Assembly (NCBI GenBank): GCA_965215265.1
Contig: OZ244048.1
Location: 96,001-160,000 of the forward strand
Length of the DNA stretch: 64,000 nucleotides
Source: Candidatus Poribacteria bacterium
GTDB taxonomy: Bacteria > Poribacteria > WGA-4E > WGA-3G
Direction: 5' to 3'
Shown: positions 21,847 to 31,715 of the stretch, piece after piece
Position numbering within the stretch: position 1 is the stretch's first letter
Layout of the letters: every line of letters starts with the position of its first letter
Made by a program: the position numbers and the translations under genes
The notes under the pieces: model-generated
Seen by the model: the letters and a program-made list of their open reading frames with translations, nothing else
What the model was told of the DNA's origin: nothing
Database searches by the model: none

Positions 21847-22283
21847 TTTTGTCTACTGCAGCCCCTACAAAGGCAGCTGCAATATTTACCCGTTTGCAAA
21901 TCTCGTCTGAGCCATTTTATACTATGCCGCCTAAACAGAGAGAGACTCCGACGAGATTTACACACGAGTACTCACGACATAAACGTTGACGGTACGGAGA
22001 TATACGAAATACGCTTTTTTGTCTACTGCAGCCCCATGAAAGTTGCTGTAATGTTCAATCCACTATAAATCTCGCCAGAGGGTTCTGATGTTTAGATTTT
22101 TAAAGACATAACCTAAGGAATCTCCGACGAGATTTACACACGAGTACTCACGACATAAACGTTGACGGTACGGAGATATACGAAATACGAGATTTACACA
22201 CGAACTCTCAAAGCAGAGGCGTTGATGGTACCGAGATATACGAAAAAGCAGAGGCGTTGATGGTACCGAGATATACGAAAAAG
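21847..22283 (+). repeat. Tandem array of the palindromic repeat element: two full copies plus two truncated right arms
   Basis: Full copies ~21847-22009 and ~22017-22185; identical 68-bp blocks at 21946-22013 and 22122-22189; truncated arm 22187-22247; exact 35-bp tandem repeat 22213-22247 / 22248-22282. Confidence 0.95.
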
Positions 22284-22291
22284 GAAAACCG

Positions 22292-24196
22292 ATGGACGCA
22301 TTTTACGTCACTACCCCCATCTACTACGTCAACGGCGAACCGCATGCCGGACACGCCTATACTACGATAGCTGCTGATGTCTTAGCCCGTTACCATCGCC
22401 TCAAAGGCAATGCTGTCTGCTTCCTCACAGGTGTTGATGAGCACGGGGCAAATATTCAGAAAGCCGCAGAGCAGGAGGGGCTTGAACCGCAAGCATATTG
22501 CGATAAGATGGCACCCACGTTTGAAAAACTCTGGAAGCAGTTGAATATTTCCAATGACATTTTTATGCGGACAACAAGCCAGATGCACAAACGCGGTGTC
22601 TCTAAATTCATCAACGCTCTCTATGAAACTGGCGATATCTATAAGGATAAATATCAAGGGTACTACTGTCGGCCCTGCGAACAGTTTTTTACTGAGAAGG
22701 AGCTGAATGCTGAGAAAGTCTGTCTGATTCATAAATTGCCGTTAGAATGGGTGGAGGAAGAGAATTATTTTTTCGCACTCTCCAAATATCAAAAGCAATT
22801 AATAGACCATTTCCACGCGAATCCGGATTTTATTTATCCGCCAAGTCGACGCAACGAACTATTGAGTGTTTTGGAATCTGGATTAGAAGATACCTGCATC
22901 TCTCGTGCCTCGGTTTCGTGGGGCATTCCGTTGCCGTTCGCTCCGGAATATATCTCTTATGTCTGGATAGAAGCATTGAGCAACTATATGACTGCCCTCG
23001 GCTATGAAACAGAGAGTGAGCAGTATCGTACTTTTTGGCCTGCTGATGTTCATATGATGGCGAAGGACATCATCCGCTTTCACGCGCTCCTCTGGCCAGC
23101 GATGCTGATGGCTGTGAAACTGCCGCTCCCGAAGCATATCGTCGCTCATGGATGGTTAACAAAAGATGGCGAGGCACTCAGTAAAACGCGAGGCATCGTG
23201 ATTGATATGGAGATGGACATCAAAAAATATGGGTTAGATGCCTTCCGTTACTATCTCTTGCGAGAGTTTAGCTTCGGGAACGATGGTGATTACCGCCCGG
23301 GCCGCTTACACGCCCGTTACAATGCAGATCTTGCTAACGACCTTGGTAATCTGCTCAATAGAGTGCTCGGACTCGTCAATAAAAATTTCCAACACGTTCC
23401 GGAGCCGACTGACCCGGGTGAATTTGACAGTGAAATCAGAGCGATGGCGCACGGAACAGTGGAAAACCTTGACGTTTTAATCCGAGAATTTGCTTTCGAT
23501 AGAGCCTTGGAGACAATCTGGGAGTTTGTCCGACGTATCAACCGATATATTCAACAGACACAAGTTTGGACACTCGCTAAACCTGATACAAAATCGAGAA
23601 TGGGGACTATCCTATACAATAGTCTTGAGGCACTACGTATTATCTCGGTGCTCATTTCGCCATTTATGCCAGATACCGCGCAGCGGATGCGACGACAACT
23701 GGGCTTAGATGCCTCCTTGGAATCTAACACAGACAGCCTTCAATCTTGTCAAGAATGGGGTGGATTACCATCAGGGTTAATTGTCAGTAGAGGCGAACCG
23801 ATTTTTCCGCGCGTTGATACAAAGCAGCCCAAGCAAAAAAAGGTATCGGAACAGAGCACGGGGGTTGTCTCTCAGGACCTTATCACATTTTCCGATTTCC
23901 AAAAACTGGATTTACGCGCCGCCAAGGTGATTGCTGCCGAACGCATTGAAGGTGCCGACAAACTCTTGAAATTACAAGTCGATTTGGGTTCCGTTTCTCG
24001 GCAGATAGTCGCTGGCATCGCCGAACATTATACACCTGAAACTGTAATTGGAAAACAGGTGATTGTAGTGGCGAATTTAGAACCTGCGACGATTCGTAGC
24101 GTTAAATCAGAGGGCATGCTGCTCGCAGCGAGTGGTGATTCAGTCGTTTTGGCAACGCTTGAAACAGAGGTCTCCCCCGGTTCGCAAATTCGTTAA
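22292..24196 (+). CDS. metG: Methionine--tRNA ligase with C-terminal tRNA-binding domain
   Basis: FYVTTPIYYVNGEPHAGHAYT, TGVDEHG, YC..CE, KDIIRFHA, DLANDLGNLLNR, C-terminal Trbp (RQIVAGIA, SEGMLLAA). Confidence 0.97.
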   Translation: MDAFYVTTPIYYVNGEPHAGHAYTTIAADVLARYHRLKGNAVCFLTGVDEHGANIQKAAEQEGLEPQAYCDKMAPTFEKLWKQLNISNDIFMRTTSQMHKRGVSKFINALYETGDIYKDKYQGYYCRPCEQFFTEKELNAEKVCLIHKLPLEWVEEENYFFALSKYQKQLIDHFHANPDFIYPPSRRNELLSVLESGLEDTCISRASVSWGIPLPFAPEYISYVWIEALSNYMTALGYETESEQYRTFWPADVHMMAKDIIRFHALLWPAMLMAVKLPLPKHIVAHGWLTKDGEALSKTRGIVIDMEMDIKKYGLDAFRYYLLREFSFGNDGDYRPGRLHARYNADLANDLGNLLNRVLGLVNKNFQHVPEPTDPGEFDSEIRAMAHGTVENLDVLIREFAFDRALETIWEFVRRINRYIQQTQVWTLAKPDTKSRMGTILYNSLEALRIISVLISPFMPDTAQRMRRQLGLDASLESNTDSLQSCQEWGGLPSGLIVSRGEPIFPRVDTKQPKQKKVSEQSTGVVSQDLITFSDFQKLDLRAAKVIAAERIEGADKLLKLQVDLGSVSRQIVAGIAEHYTPETVIGKQVIVVANLEPATIRSVKSEGMLLAASGDSVVLATLETEVSPGSQIR

Positions 24197-24362
24197 TTCT
24201 GTTTCGCAGATGGGAGCGGTAAAGCCAATTGGCCACGGAATTGCACGTGTCCATCGCGTCCAAGATACTGTCATTAAGACTCACTGTTGGAATGCCGGAA
24301 TGGCATTCCACTTCGATTTAAGCACTTTGCAGTATTCCGCTGATGATACATTGAGAAGACAG

Positions 24363-27344
24363 ATGGCAAACATTGAAGACATCCTCAAAACCCGTATTCA
24401 GAACAACAATGCCGAAACCTTCGTTGTACTCGTTCCTACCAATTCCGCACGTCTGAAACGGCAACGTGAGTTGCTCGCATATCATCCGAACAAGGCTGTT
24501 GCGAATTTACATGTGGAGACGCTAGAGAAGTTTGTGCAAAAACTCTACGCGCAACTACGTCCAACTGATAGGCCGAATCGGATTTCACCCGGCATGCAAA
24601 CCTTATGGCTACGAAAGCTTGTCGATAGGCTGCGGCCAGAAACCTTCCAGCCCATGGAGGGAGTTAAGGTACCCGATAGTACACTCTCGCTCATTGTTAG
24701 TACAATTAACTCTCTCAGTGAGCATAGCGCGACTAATGTCGAATGGGCACAATTCAGCACGCCAAATACCCCAATTTTAGAAACGCTCGCTGAGATTTAT
24801 GCTTCGTATCAAAAAGAGATGGGTAACGAATGGGTCGATGATGCCGGAATGCACCATTTTCTTGCATCACAGTTTCAACAAAGACTGATGAGGAAAGCGT
24901 TCCCGCATGTCACTCTTGTTGTTGTTGAGGATTTTGATGTCCTTTCCAAAGCCTCTATCGCTCTTTTAAAACAAATTGCTGAAATGCCAAATATGCAACT
25001 CTGCATCCGTTCGGACTACTCTAACGAAAACCGTGCGCTGTTTGGACATATTCAGAAGCTTTTTGACGAACTCAGCAGTCCCAACATTGCAATTCGTGAG
25101 TTTCCTTCCCAACACTCCGAACGAAACCGGCATTTTGCCGACAACTTATTTCGTACGGGGGAACCGGATGCCGAACGATGGAACGCAGAAGAGCAAATTA
25201 AATTGGTGAAACCCGTCGACCGGAGAGACGAAGTAGAACTGATTGCACAACTGATTCGACAGCGAGTGGCAACGGGAGCGTGTGAACTCAGTGACATCTG
25301 TGTAACGTATCACGATTTACGTTCTTATTTACAACAGATCTCGGAAATCTTTCCCGAGTATGGTATTCCGTATTCTGTGTTAGAGGGAATTCCGCTTGTG
25401 CATTCTCCATTGGTGAAGGCGATTTTTTCTCAGCTTAAAGGAGGTACATCACCAACAGCGTCGCCCTATTTTTCTACTACTTCCTTGGCTAATGAAATAT
25501 CTAGAGAAGAACAGATAGCACCAGAGGCCTTTAAAACCTATTTTGCGGAATTTCTTAGAGAGCGGGAGGTTCTCTGCAACATTTTAAATTTATCCGGAAG
25601 TTCGCATTCGCAAGCGCGGATTGCAACGGATTCGGAAATACACGCGTATAACGAACTCAACGCGCGCGTTTCAGAACTATGCGATTCTCTGGATGAGCAA
25701 CGGTACCGCTATAAAGACTACATAGAGTGGCTTCGGCTGATAGTGATGCATACGACGTATCAAATCCCAGAAACGGACGGCGGTGTTCGAATCCTTCGAT
25801 TATCCCAACTCCGGAGCCTGGAATTTGACACGGTCATCCTGGGTGATTTGATAGACGGAAAATTCCCGGAGAGTTTCCGCCCGGATGCATTGCTGCCTCA
25901 GGCCTATGCACGAAACGAGACAGATTTGCTCTGCCAGAACCGTTTTCTGTTTTATACCGTTCTCAAAACTTTCCGAAAACGGCTTTATCTGATGAGCCCA
26001 CAACGTGAAAATGAAACACTTCTTATCCCCTCCCCATTTCTCGCACAATTGGAGCAGGTTGCTAAAATTGACACGGAAGTGGTTGAAAATATGGGGGAAT
26101 TTAGCCAAAGCAGCTTCCTGCGGAAATATGGCCAATATCTCTGGGATTGCGAGGAACCGGGCACCCTATATAGCCGGGAAGCTGCAGACACCTTAGGAGA
26201 TAATGTGTTTCAAAATTTACAAGAATGTTGTTCACTGATCGACCACGTTGTCACTGTCGAAAAAAGCCGGGAGAAGACTCATAATCGTTTAGCTTACGAA
26301 GGCATATTAACTGCTGGTCCACTTTCTGTCGAAAGTAGCGCGCAATTGAGAAGGCGGTGCGATGAAACCTATTCCATAACCAAACTAGAAAAATACGCAG
26401 CGTGCCCTTTTCAGTTTTTTGCTGACGATGTACTGACTTTCCGCAAAAAAGAAGAGGTACTAGAAGAAGAGGGCTTGTCTGCTCTAGAAAGAGGGGATTT
26501 AGTTCATCAGATTCTCTCTGAATTCCATCGCAACCGCCCGAGCAGTGCACGGTTAGCACAATGCAGCCCGTCTGAAATTCAAGAAGCAAAAGCACAACTA
26601 CGTGAAATTATAGATAAACAACTAAGCAACAGCGAATCGGATAACCTCTTACGCGAGATTGATGAGACACTACTGAGAACTGCTCTCCGCAAGTGGTTTG
26701 AGGCAGAACAGAAGTCAGATGTGAACATGCACCCATCCTACTTTGAAGTTGACATAGATTATCAAAATTCGCTTCAGATCGATGACGTACGGCTGAAGGC
26801 AAAAATTGATAGGATTGATGTCGGAGACACCGTTTTTAATGTGATTGATTATAAAACAGGGAATACAATTCCGAAAATGCCAGATATACTTGAAGGACGT
26901 GCACTTCAACTCCCGCTCTACATTAAGATGGCGCAGCAACAGCAAAATGGAAAGTCCATTCCTGCAGCAGGACTGTATTACAAAATCAGATTTGACGGAT
27001 GCAAAGTTGAACTGGGCATAGGAAAAGAGACTTACAAGAAAGTAGCTTACAAAACATATAACGGTGAAACTTGGAAATCCATAACTAGCAAGCAGATGGT
27101 CTCCGAAGAGGAATTTGACAATGTCATCGAACGCGTGAGCGGGTATGTCCGGCAGTATGTAGACGCAATTGGCCGTGGTAAGTTTCCGCTCATCACACAA
27201 GTTAAGGAGTTTGTCGATTCAGTGGAGGATGGCGATGCTCCGTTGACTCCGCGTAATTTGACTGCACCTTGCAGCTACTGTTCATATAAGAAGATGTGCC
27301 GTGTGGGAGCTATGTCTAAAAGCAGTTCCGTTGAAACTTCGTAG
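24363..27344 (+). CDS. AddB/RexB-like PD-(D/E)XK nuclease with degenerate helicase-like N-terminus
   Basis: YSITKLEKYAACPFQFF, LERGDLVHQIL, KIDRID..VIDYKTG, LQLPLY, C-terminal CSYCSYKKMC (Fe-S staple). Start reassigned to ATG 24363 (uncertain). Confidence 0.85.
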   Translation: MANIEDILKTRIQNNNAETFVVLVPTNSARLKRQRELLAYHPNKAVANLHVETLEKFVQKLYAQLRPTDRPNRISPGMQTLWLRKLVDRLRPETFQPMEGVKVPDSTLSLIVSTINSLSEHSATNVEWAQFSTPNTPILETLAEIYASYQKEMGNEWVDDAGMHHFLASQFQQRLMRKAFPHVTLVVVEDFDVLSKASIALLKQIAEMPNMQLCIRSDYSNENRALFGHIQKLFDELSSPNIAIREFPSQHSERNRHFADNLFRTGEPDAERWNAEEQIKLVKPVDRRDEVELIAQLIRQRVATGACELSDICVTYHDLRSYLQQISEIFPEYGIPYSVLEGIPLVHSPLVKAIFSQLKGGTSPTASPYFSTTSLANEISREEQIAPEAFKTYFAEFLREREVLCNILNLSGSSHSQARIATDSEIHAYNELNARVSELCDSLDEQRYRYKDYIEWLRLIVMHTTYQIPETDGGVRILRLSQLRSLEFDTVILGDLIDGKFPESFRPDALLPQAYARNETDLLCQNRFLFYTVLKTFRKRLYLMSPQRENETLLIPSPFLAQLEQVAKIDTEVVENMGEFSQSSFLRKYGQYLWDCEEPGTLYSREAADTLGDNVFQNLQECCSLIDHVVTVEKSREKTHNRLAYEGILTAGPLSVESSAQLRRRCDETYSITKLEKYAACPFQFFADDVLTFRKKEEVLEEEGLSALERGDLVHQILSEFHRNRPSSARLAQCSPSEIQEAKAQLREIIDKQLSNSESDNLLREIDETLLRTALRKWFEAEQKSDVNMHPSYFEVDIDYQNSLQIDDVRLKAKIDRIDVGDTVFNVIDYKTGNTIPKMPDILEGRALQLPLYIKMAQQQQNGKSIPAAGLYYKIRFDGCKVELGIGKETYKKVAYKTYNGETWKSITSKQMVSEEEFDNVIERVSGYVRQYVDAIGRGKFPLITQVKEFVDSVEDGDAPLTPRNLTAPCSYCSYKKMCRVGAMSKSSSVETS

Positions 27345-27392
27345 CGTCGATTCACCCGTGTCTCGCTCCTACGCCTGAAAATGGTTTTCTTT

Positions 27393-27459
27393 TTTTGTCT
27401 ATTTCAGCCCCATCAAGGGTTATGTATTGTTAAATTCGATGTACATCTCGTCGGAGGTT
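27393..27459 (+). repeat. Single arm of the palindromic repeat family
   Basis: 36 bp (27400-27435) identical to 33388-33423; 20 bp (27440-27459) identical to 19856-19875. Confidence 0.9.
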
Positions 27460-27624
27460 AGGTATTCTTTGTCTGTCCATGAGACAAGATAACCTTATAC
27501 CTGCCATCTATAGATCGGAGGTTAACTCGGTATAGTTTTTTTTAATCAAAACCTAATCCAATTAAGACTAAAATTGCTAAATGTACTGAGCTTATGATAG
27601 AATAGTGGTATATAGGAGGACGCG

Positions 27625-28752
27625 ATGAGAATTGATAAAATCGAATCATTTTTTATAGGAAATGGTTATGTAATTCGTATCTATACCGATACCGGTATCA
27701 GTGGCATAGGACAGACGGCTTGCTGGGGGTACCCAGAGGCGGTTGAAAAAATTGTGAATACCTTTGAGCAATATCTCATCGGGCAGAATCCATTACGGAT
27801 AGAACATCATTGGCAGTATCTGTACAGGATGGGCCCGTTTAGAGGCACCGCGCTGAGCGGGGCAATAAGTGCAGTGGACATTGCTTTATGGGATATCAAG
27901 GGCAAACATTTCGGCGTGCCGAGTTGGGAGTTGTTAGGCGGGAACTGCCGGGATAAAATTCGATTGCACCTCCTCGGTGGCGGAAGTACGCCTGAGGCGA
28001 TGTTTCAGGCTGCAAAAGCAGCGGTGGAAGAAGGCTTTACTGCACTGAAGTTTGACCCGTTAGTCGGGGGTTTTCAGGATATGGCAGTTGATAGGCTCGT
28101 CAAAACAGCCCGGGATCTTGTTGCTGCAGCGCGCGAAGGCGGGGGCCCCGACTTAGACCTGATTGTTGAAGTACACCGGAAGCTTACACCGATGAATAGC
28201 ATCGTGTTGGAATCGGCATTGGCCCCCTTCAATCTCTATTTCATTGAAGACCCGATTCAGATTGATACAATTACGACGCAAGCGCAATTAGCAAAGCGGA
28301 TGACTAGCCCCGTCGGGAACGGCGAACGGTTAACGACAATCTGGGAATTCCGTGAACTACTGGAAGCTGGCGGTCCGCAGTACGTACGCCCCGATCTCGG
28401 TTTGGCGGGGGGATTAACGCATTGCAAGAAGATTGCCGCTATTGCTGAAGCCTACCACAGTGCGGTGGTTACGCATAATTTCCTTGGTCCACTTATTACT
28501 GCCGCGTCGCTTCACTTAGATGCGAGCATCCCTAATTTCATCACCCAGGAGTACACCAAGGCGGATGAATCGCAAGACTACGCTGTCTATAAAGTCGCCT
28601 ATCAGCGGCAAGGTGGATACATTCCGATTCCAGAAGCACCAGGGTTAGGTGTCGAACTTGATGATAGTTTAATTCGGCAGACTCCTTACCGCCCTATGAA
28701 CACTGCCACTACGCCGCTAAGAGAAGATGGTTCTGTCGCTTATGCAGTATGA
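27625..28752 (+). CDS. Mandelate racemase/muconate lactonizing family acid-sugar dehydratase (DgoD-like)
   Basis: SAVDIALWDIKGK, GFTALK, YFIEDP, GERL, KKIAAIAEAY, PGLGVELD; AGGAGG RBS. Confidence 0.9.
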   Translation: MRIDKIESFFIGNGYVIRIYTDTGISGIGQTACWGYPEAVEKIVNTFEQYLIGQNPLRIEHHWQYLYRMGPFRGTALSGAISAVDIALWDIKGKHFGVPSWELLGGNCRDKIRLHLLGGGSTPEAMFQAAKAAVEEGFTALKFDPLVGGFQDMAVDRLVKTARDLVAAAREGGGPDLDLIVEVHRKLTPMNSIVLESALAPFNLYFIEDPIQIDTITTQAQLAKRMTSPVGNGERLTTIWEFRELLEAGGPQYVRPDLGLAGGLTHCKKIAAIAEAYHSAVVTHNFLGPLITAASLHLDASIPNFITQEYTKADESQDYAVYKVAYQRQGGYIPIPEAPGLGVELDDSLIRQTPYRPMNTATTPLREDGSVAYAV

Positions 28753-28822
28753 GGGCTGGATGCATCCCGGAGGACCTGGTAGATTGAGGCAGTGGATTCG
28801 CAAAATATAACGGAGAGGAAAG

Positions 28823-29623
28823 ATGAATGCCGATGAAAAATATCTGTTTGACCTAAACGGTTATCTGGTCATTGAAAATGTCCTAACGCCTGATGAGGTT
28901 GCATTAGCCAATGCAGCTATTGATAAGCATAAGGTTCAAGAGCGGGTACGTCCCCGCGATCAGACGCTTGATGGCGGTTCACCTCAATTGAAAGGCGTAC
29001 AAGGACGTGGTGAATTGGGGGGTATGCTCCATTGGGAAGAGCCGTGGTGCCTGCCTTTCCGGGATATGCTTGCGCATCCCAAGATTATCCCATATCTCAA
29101 CGTCATATTAGGAACGGGTTTCCGCATGGACCATCAAATGTTCCTGATTTCTATGGATAAAGGGGCGGAAGGCTTTATTTTTCATGGTTCGTCGGGCCCC
29201 GGCTTTGATCCGAATCAGTACTACATTTTTCGCGATGGACGGATGCACAACGGATTGACGGTTGTCACATTTCAACTAACCGATGTCCCGCCGGGTGCAG
29301 GCGGATTAATCGTCATCCCCGGCAGCCACAAAAGCAACTATCCTTGTCCGAAAGAGATGCGCTTGTACCAGAAGTACCAAGAGCATATTCGCCACGTGGT
29401 TTGCCAGGCTGGGGATGTGGTGATTTTCACAGAGGCAGTCACTCACGGAACGCTCCCGTGGAGCGTTGAGCATCCGCGTCGCTCGATTTTAACACGCTAC
29501 ACAGCCGGCAATATGGCATACGTCCCTGCTTATCCGGTCCCGGAGTGGGCAAACGAACGTCAGAGAGCTGTCATGGAACCGCCGTATCATTCCCGATTAA
29601 ATCGTCCGGTATTAGAGAAGTAG
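28823..29623 (+). CDS. Phytanoyl-CoA dioxygenase (PhyH) family protein
   Basis: EKYLFDLNGYLVIENVL, GGLIVIPGSHK, AGDVVIFTEAVTHG. Confidence 0.9.
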   Translation: MNADEKYLFDLNGYLVIENVLTPDEVALANAAIDKHKVQERVRPRDQTLDGGSPQLKGVQGRGELGGMLHWEEPWCLPFRDMLAHPKIIPYLNVILGTGFRMDHQMFLISMDKGAEGFIFHGSSGPGFDPNQYYIFRDGRMHNGLTVVTFQLTDVPPGAGGLIVIPGSHKSNYPCPKEMRLYQKYQEHIRHVVCQAGDVVIFTEAVTHGTLPWSVEHPRRSILTRYTAGNMAYVPAYPVPEWANERQRAVMEPPYHSRLNRPVLEK

Positions 29624-29652
29624 ATTAAAGTGATACGAAAGGAATATCTGAT

Positions 29653-30690
29653 ATGTCCACTTCAATGAGCACTTTACTCGGAATCGTATTCCTTGTCCTT
29701 GCCAACGTCTCCGTTTTTTTGATGTTTAAATTGTGGGGCTACCCATTTGACAAAGAGACTCGTACGAGCGCGGCTCCACCCCGTCTGATGCTTCTGCATC
29801 GGGTCATCGGTTATGCATATACCGTTCTCTATATATTTATGATGTGGCAGATGGTTCCGCGCTTGTGGAATTACCAAGTCGAATTGCCGCCGCGCACGGT
29901 TGCCCATCTGATGCTCGGCATTACTATCGGTGTCCTGATTCTTGTCAAGCTTGCAATCTTGCGGTTTTTCAGGCATTTTGAGGAATCGATGCCTTACATC
30001 GGCACCCTCCTGCTACTCTGTACTTATCTATTGATAGGCTTGTCGGTGCCTTTCACATTCCGGGAAGCAGCACTCCGTACCCAGACTGGTGCATTTAGTG
30101 AAGCAGGTATTGCTCGTACACACCGTTTGCTTGAAACCGCCGGCTTACCTGCTGATGCCCCGCTAACCCAGATTGCGTCAAAGCGTGGGTTGCGAGCTGG
30201 GCAAAAGGTACTTCAAACGAAGTGCGTTGTCTGTCACGATTTACGAACCATTCTGGCTAGGCCGTATACGCCGCCCAATTGGGTCCGTCTTGTCAACCGC
30301 ATGGCGATGAAACCTATTATTGGGGAGCCCATTCATCGGGAAGAGGAGTGGAACGTCGCCGCCTATCTCATCGCGATTACACCGGATATCCAAACATCAG
30401 TGAGGGAGCAGCGGCAACAACAGATGCAGGCAGATGAAGCAAAGGCGGCACTACAAATCGCCCGCGGTACGCAGGTAACTGATACCTATGACGCTGCTGA
30501 AGCCGAAGAACTCTTCTTGGATAAATGTTCGCAATGTCATCCAATCACAGATGTTGAAGACTATCCACCGCGGTCTGCTGCAGAAACCACCGTGCTGATT
30601 ACGCGGATGATAGAACACGGGCTCTATCTTGAAGAGTCGGAAATCCCTGTGATTACGCGTTATATTAATGAAAATTATCTGGCACCGTAA
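29653..30690 (+). CDS. Membrane-bound dihaem c-type cytochrome with N-terminal 4-TM domain
   Basis: Four TM helices with His (LLHR, VAHLML); two CxxCH motifs (CVVCH, CSQCH). Confidence 0.8.
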   Translation: MSTSMSTLLGIVFLVLANVSVFLMFKLWGYPFDKETRTSAAPPRLMLLHRVIGYAYTVLYIFMMWQMVPRLWNYQVELPPRTVAHLMLGITIGVLILVKLAILRFFRHFEESMPYIGTLLLLCTYLLIGLSVPFTFREAALRTQTGAFSEAGIARTHRLLETAGLPADAPLTQIASKRGLRAGQKVLQTKCVVCHDLRTILARPYTPPNWVRLVNRMAMKPIIGEPIHREEEWNVAAYLIAITPDIQTSVREQRQQQMQADEAKAALQIARGTQVTDTYDAAEAEELFLDKCSQCHPITDVEDYPPRSAAETTVLITRMIEHGLYLEESEIPVITRYINENYLAP

Positions 30691-30798
30691 AAGAGAGCAT
30701 AGTTCGCGGTTTGAAGGTTACTTATAGGCTTTTGGCTTTAGATGCGCGTTTTGACGTTCGAGTCGCGGGCGGTTTTATCCAAAACGTTGTGTTGCATT

Positions 30799-31551
30799 TT
30801 ACGAAATGCCATCCCAATATTTCCACATATCTGCAGGCGTTTCAAATTTAATCTGGTCCAAGTCTTTCCGACGGTATCTACCGATAAGCGCGATTCTGAC
30901 GTTGTCCGCGCAGTTCGGACCTGCTGTGTGGCTCATCTGATGATGCCAAAAGCAGACATCTCCTGCCTCACCTGTGAATTCATAGCTCGGTCCTAAATCG
31001 AAAGGCGCGACACCGCCGGGGAGACTGTCTAAGTCATGGTACCTGAAATATTCTGCCCAGACGCGATGGCTCTGCGGCCAGACTGTAAATCCACCGCCGT
31101 GTTTCTTGACAGGGCCGAGATAGACGGTCGCTCCGAGTGTAAAAGAGCCTACGGTCCCTTTGGGAACACCGTTCGTCGGTGTATGGTAACCGTCTAAATG
31201 GCCGACGGGTTCTCGCCATTCCCTATCCGGATCCGGAAAATTGATATGTGGCCCTGCCCCGCCGCCGGTATTTAATTTACCTGCCCCAACGAGCTCTTCC
31301 GCCATTTCAAACACTGGGTTGTTGTAGACGGTGCCGCGGATGACATCTTCGCCACCGATCGGTACGGTGCGGTACCCCTTGCGGATCCAAGAATCAGGAG
31401 TCTTTCTCTGCAGTTCGTCTTCTGAAGTTTCAAGTGCTTCCCAGACTCTGTCAAGTGCAGCATCAATTGCCTCAGTCTCCAGCGCACCGCGCACGACGAG
31501 GTAACCTTGCTCTTTAAAAAACGTTTTGTCCTGAGCTGTCAAATACGCCAC
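30799..31551 (-). CDS. Phytanoyl-CoA dioxygenase (PhyH) family protein
   Basis: FFKEQGYLVV, HLDG, GGFTVWPQSH, AGDVCFWHHQMSH. GTG start at 31551 after GGAGG. Confidence 0.88.
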   Translation of the reverse strand: MAYLTAQDKTFFKEQGYLVVRGALETEAIDAALDRVWEALETSEDELQRKTPDSWIRKGYRTVPIGGEDVIRGTVYNNPVFEMAEELVGAGKLNTGGGAGPHINFPDPDREWREPVGHLDGYHTPTNGVPKGTVGSFTLGATVYLGPVKKHGGGFTVWPQSHRVWAEYFRYHDLDSLPGGVAPFDLGPSYEFTGEAGDVCFWHHQMSHTAGPNCADNVRIALIGRYRRKDLDQIKFETPADMWKYWDGIS

Positions 31552-31595
31552 TGTTGGTATCCTCCTATTGTTTTGCAGGTTGATCAAACAGATTA

Positions 31596-31671
31596 TTTGT
31601 ATATTTTAGCACGTTACCGTCGATGTTTTGATAAAACATTTACAAAACTCGTCGGAGCCTCTCTCTGTTTT
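31596..31671 (+). repeat. Diverged single arm of the palindromic repeat family
   Basis: TTTGTATATTTTAGCACG...CTCGTCGGAGCCTCTCTCTGTTT matches the reverse complement of 21933-21955 and resembles the partial arm at 19773. Confidence 0.75.
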
Positions 31672-31715
31672 GATTCATAACATAAGTGCAGGGTACTGAC
31701 CCAGCCTATCCGGGA

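Noticed and set aside
21847-22283. CRISPR array
   Set aside because: Units differ in length (35-170 bp), repeated blocks include would-be spacers, the repeat is dispersed and palindromic elsewhere, and there are no cas genes.
22213-22283. T-box riboswitch before metG (GATGGTACCGAG resembles GGTGGTACCGCG)
   Set aside because: The word is an allele of the repeat arm (GACGGTACGGAG), and no terminator hairpin or stem I motifs are visible.
24132-24362. Long N-terminal extensions in the ORF track (also 18363-18509, 54904-54990)
   Set aside because: They overlap neighbouring genes or lack RBS and family similarity; downstream starts fit better.
26350-27344. Cas4
   Set aside because: The Fe-S nuclease motif is the C-terminus of a ~1000-aa AddB-like protein with no CRISPR context.
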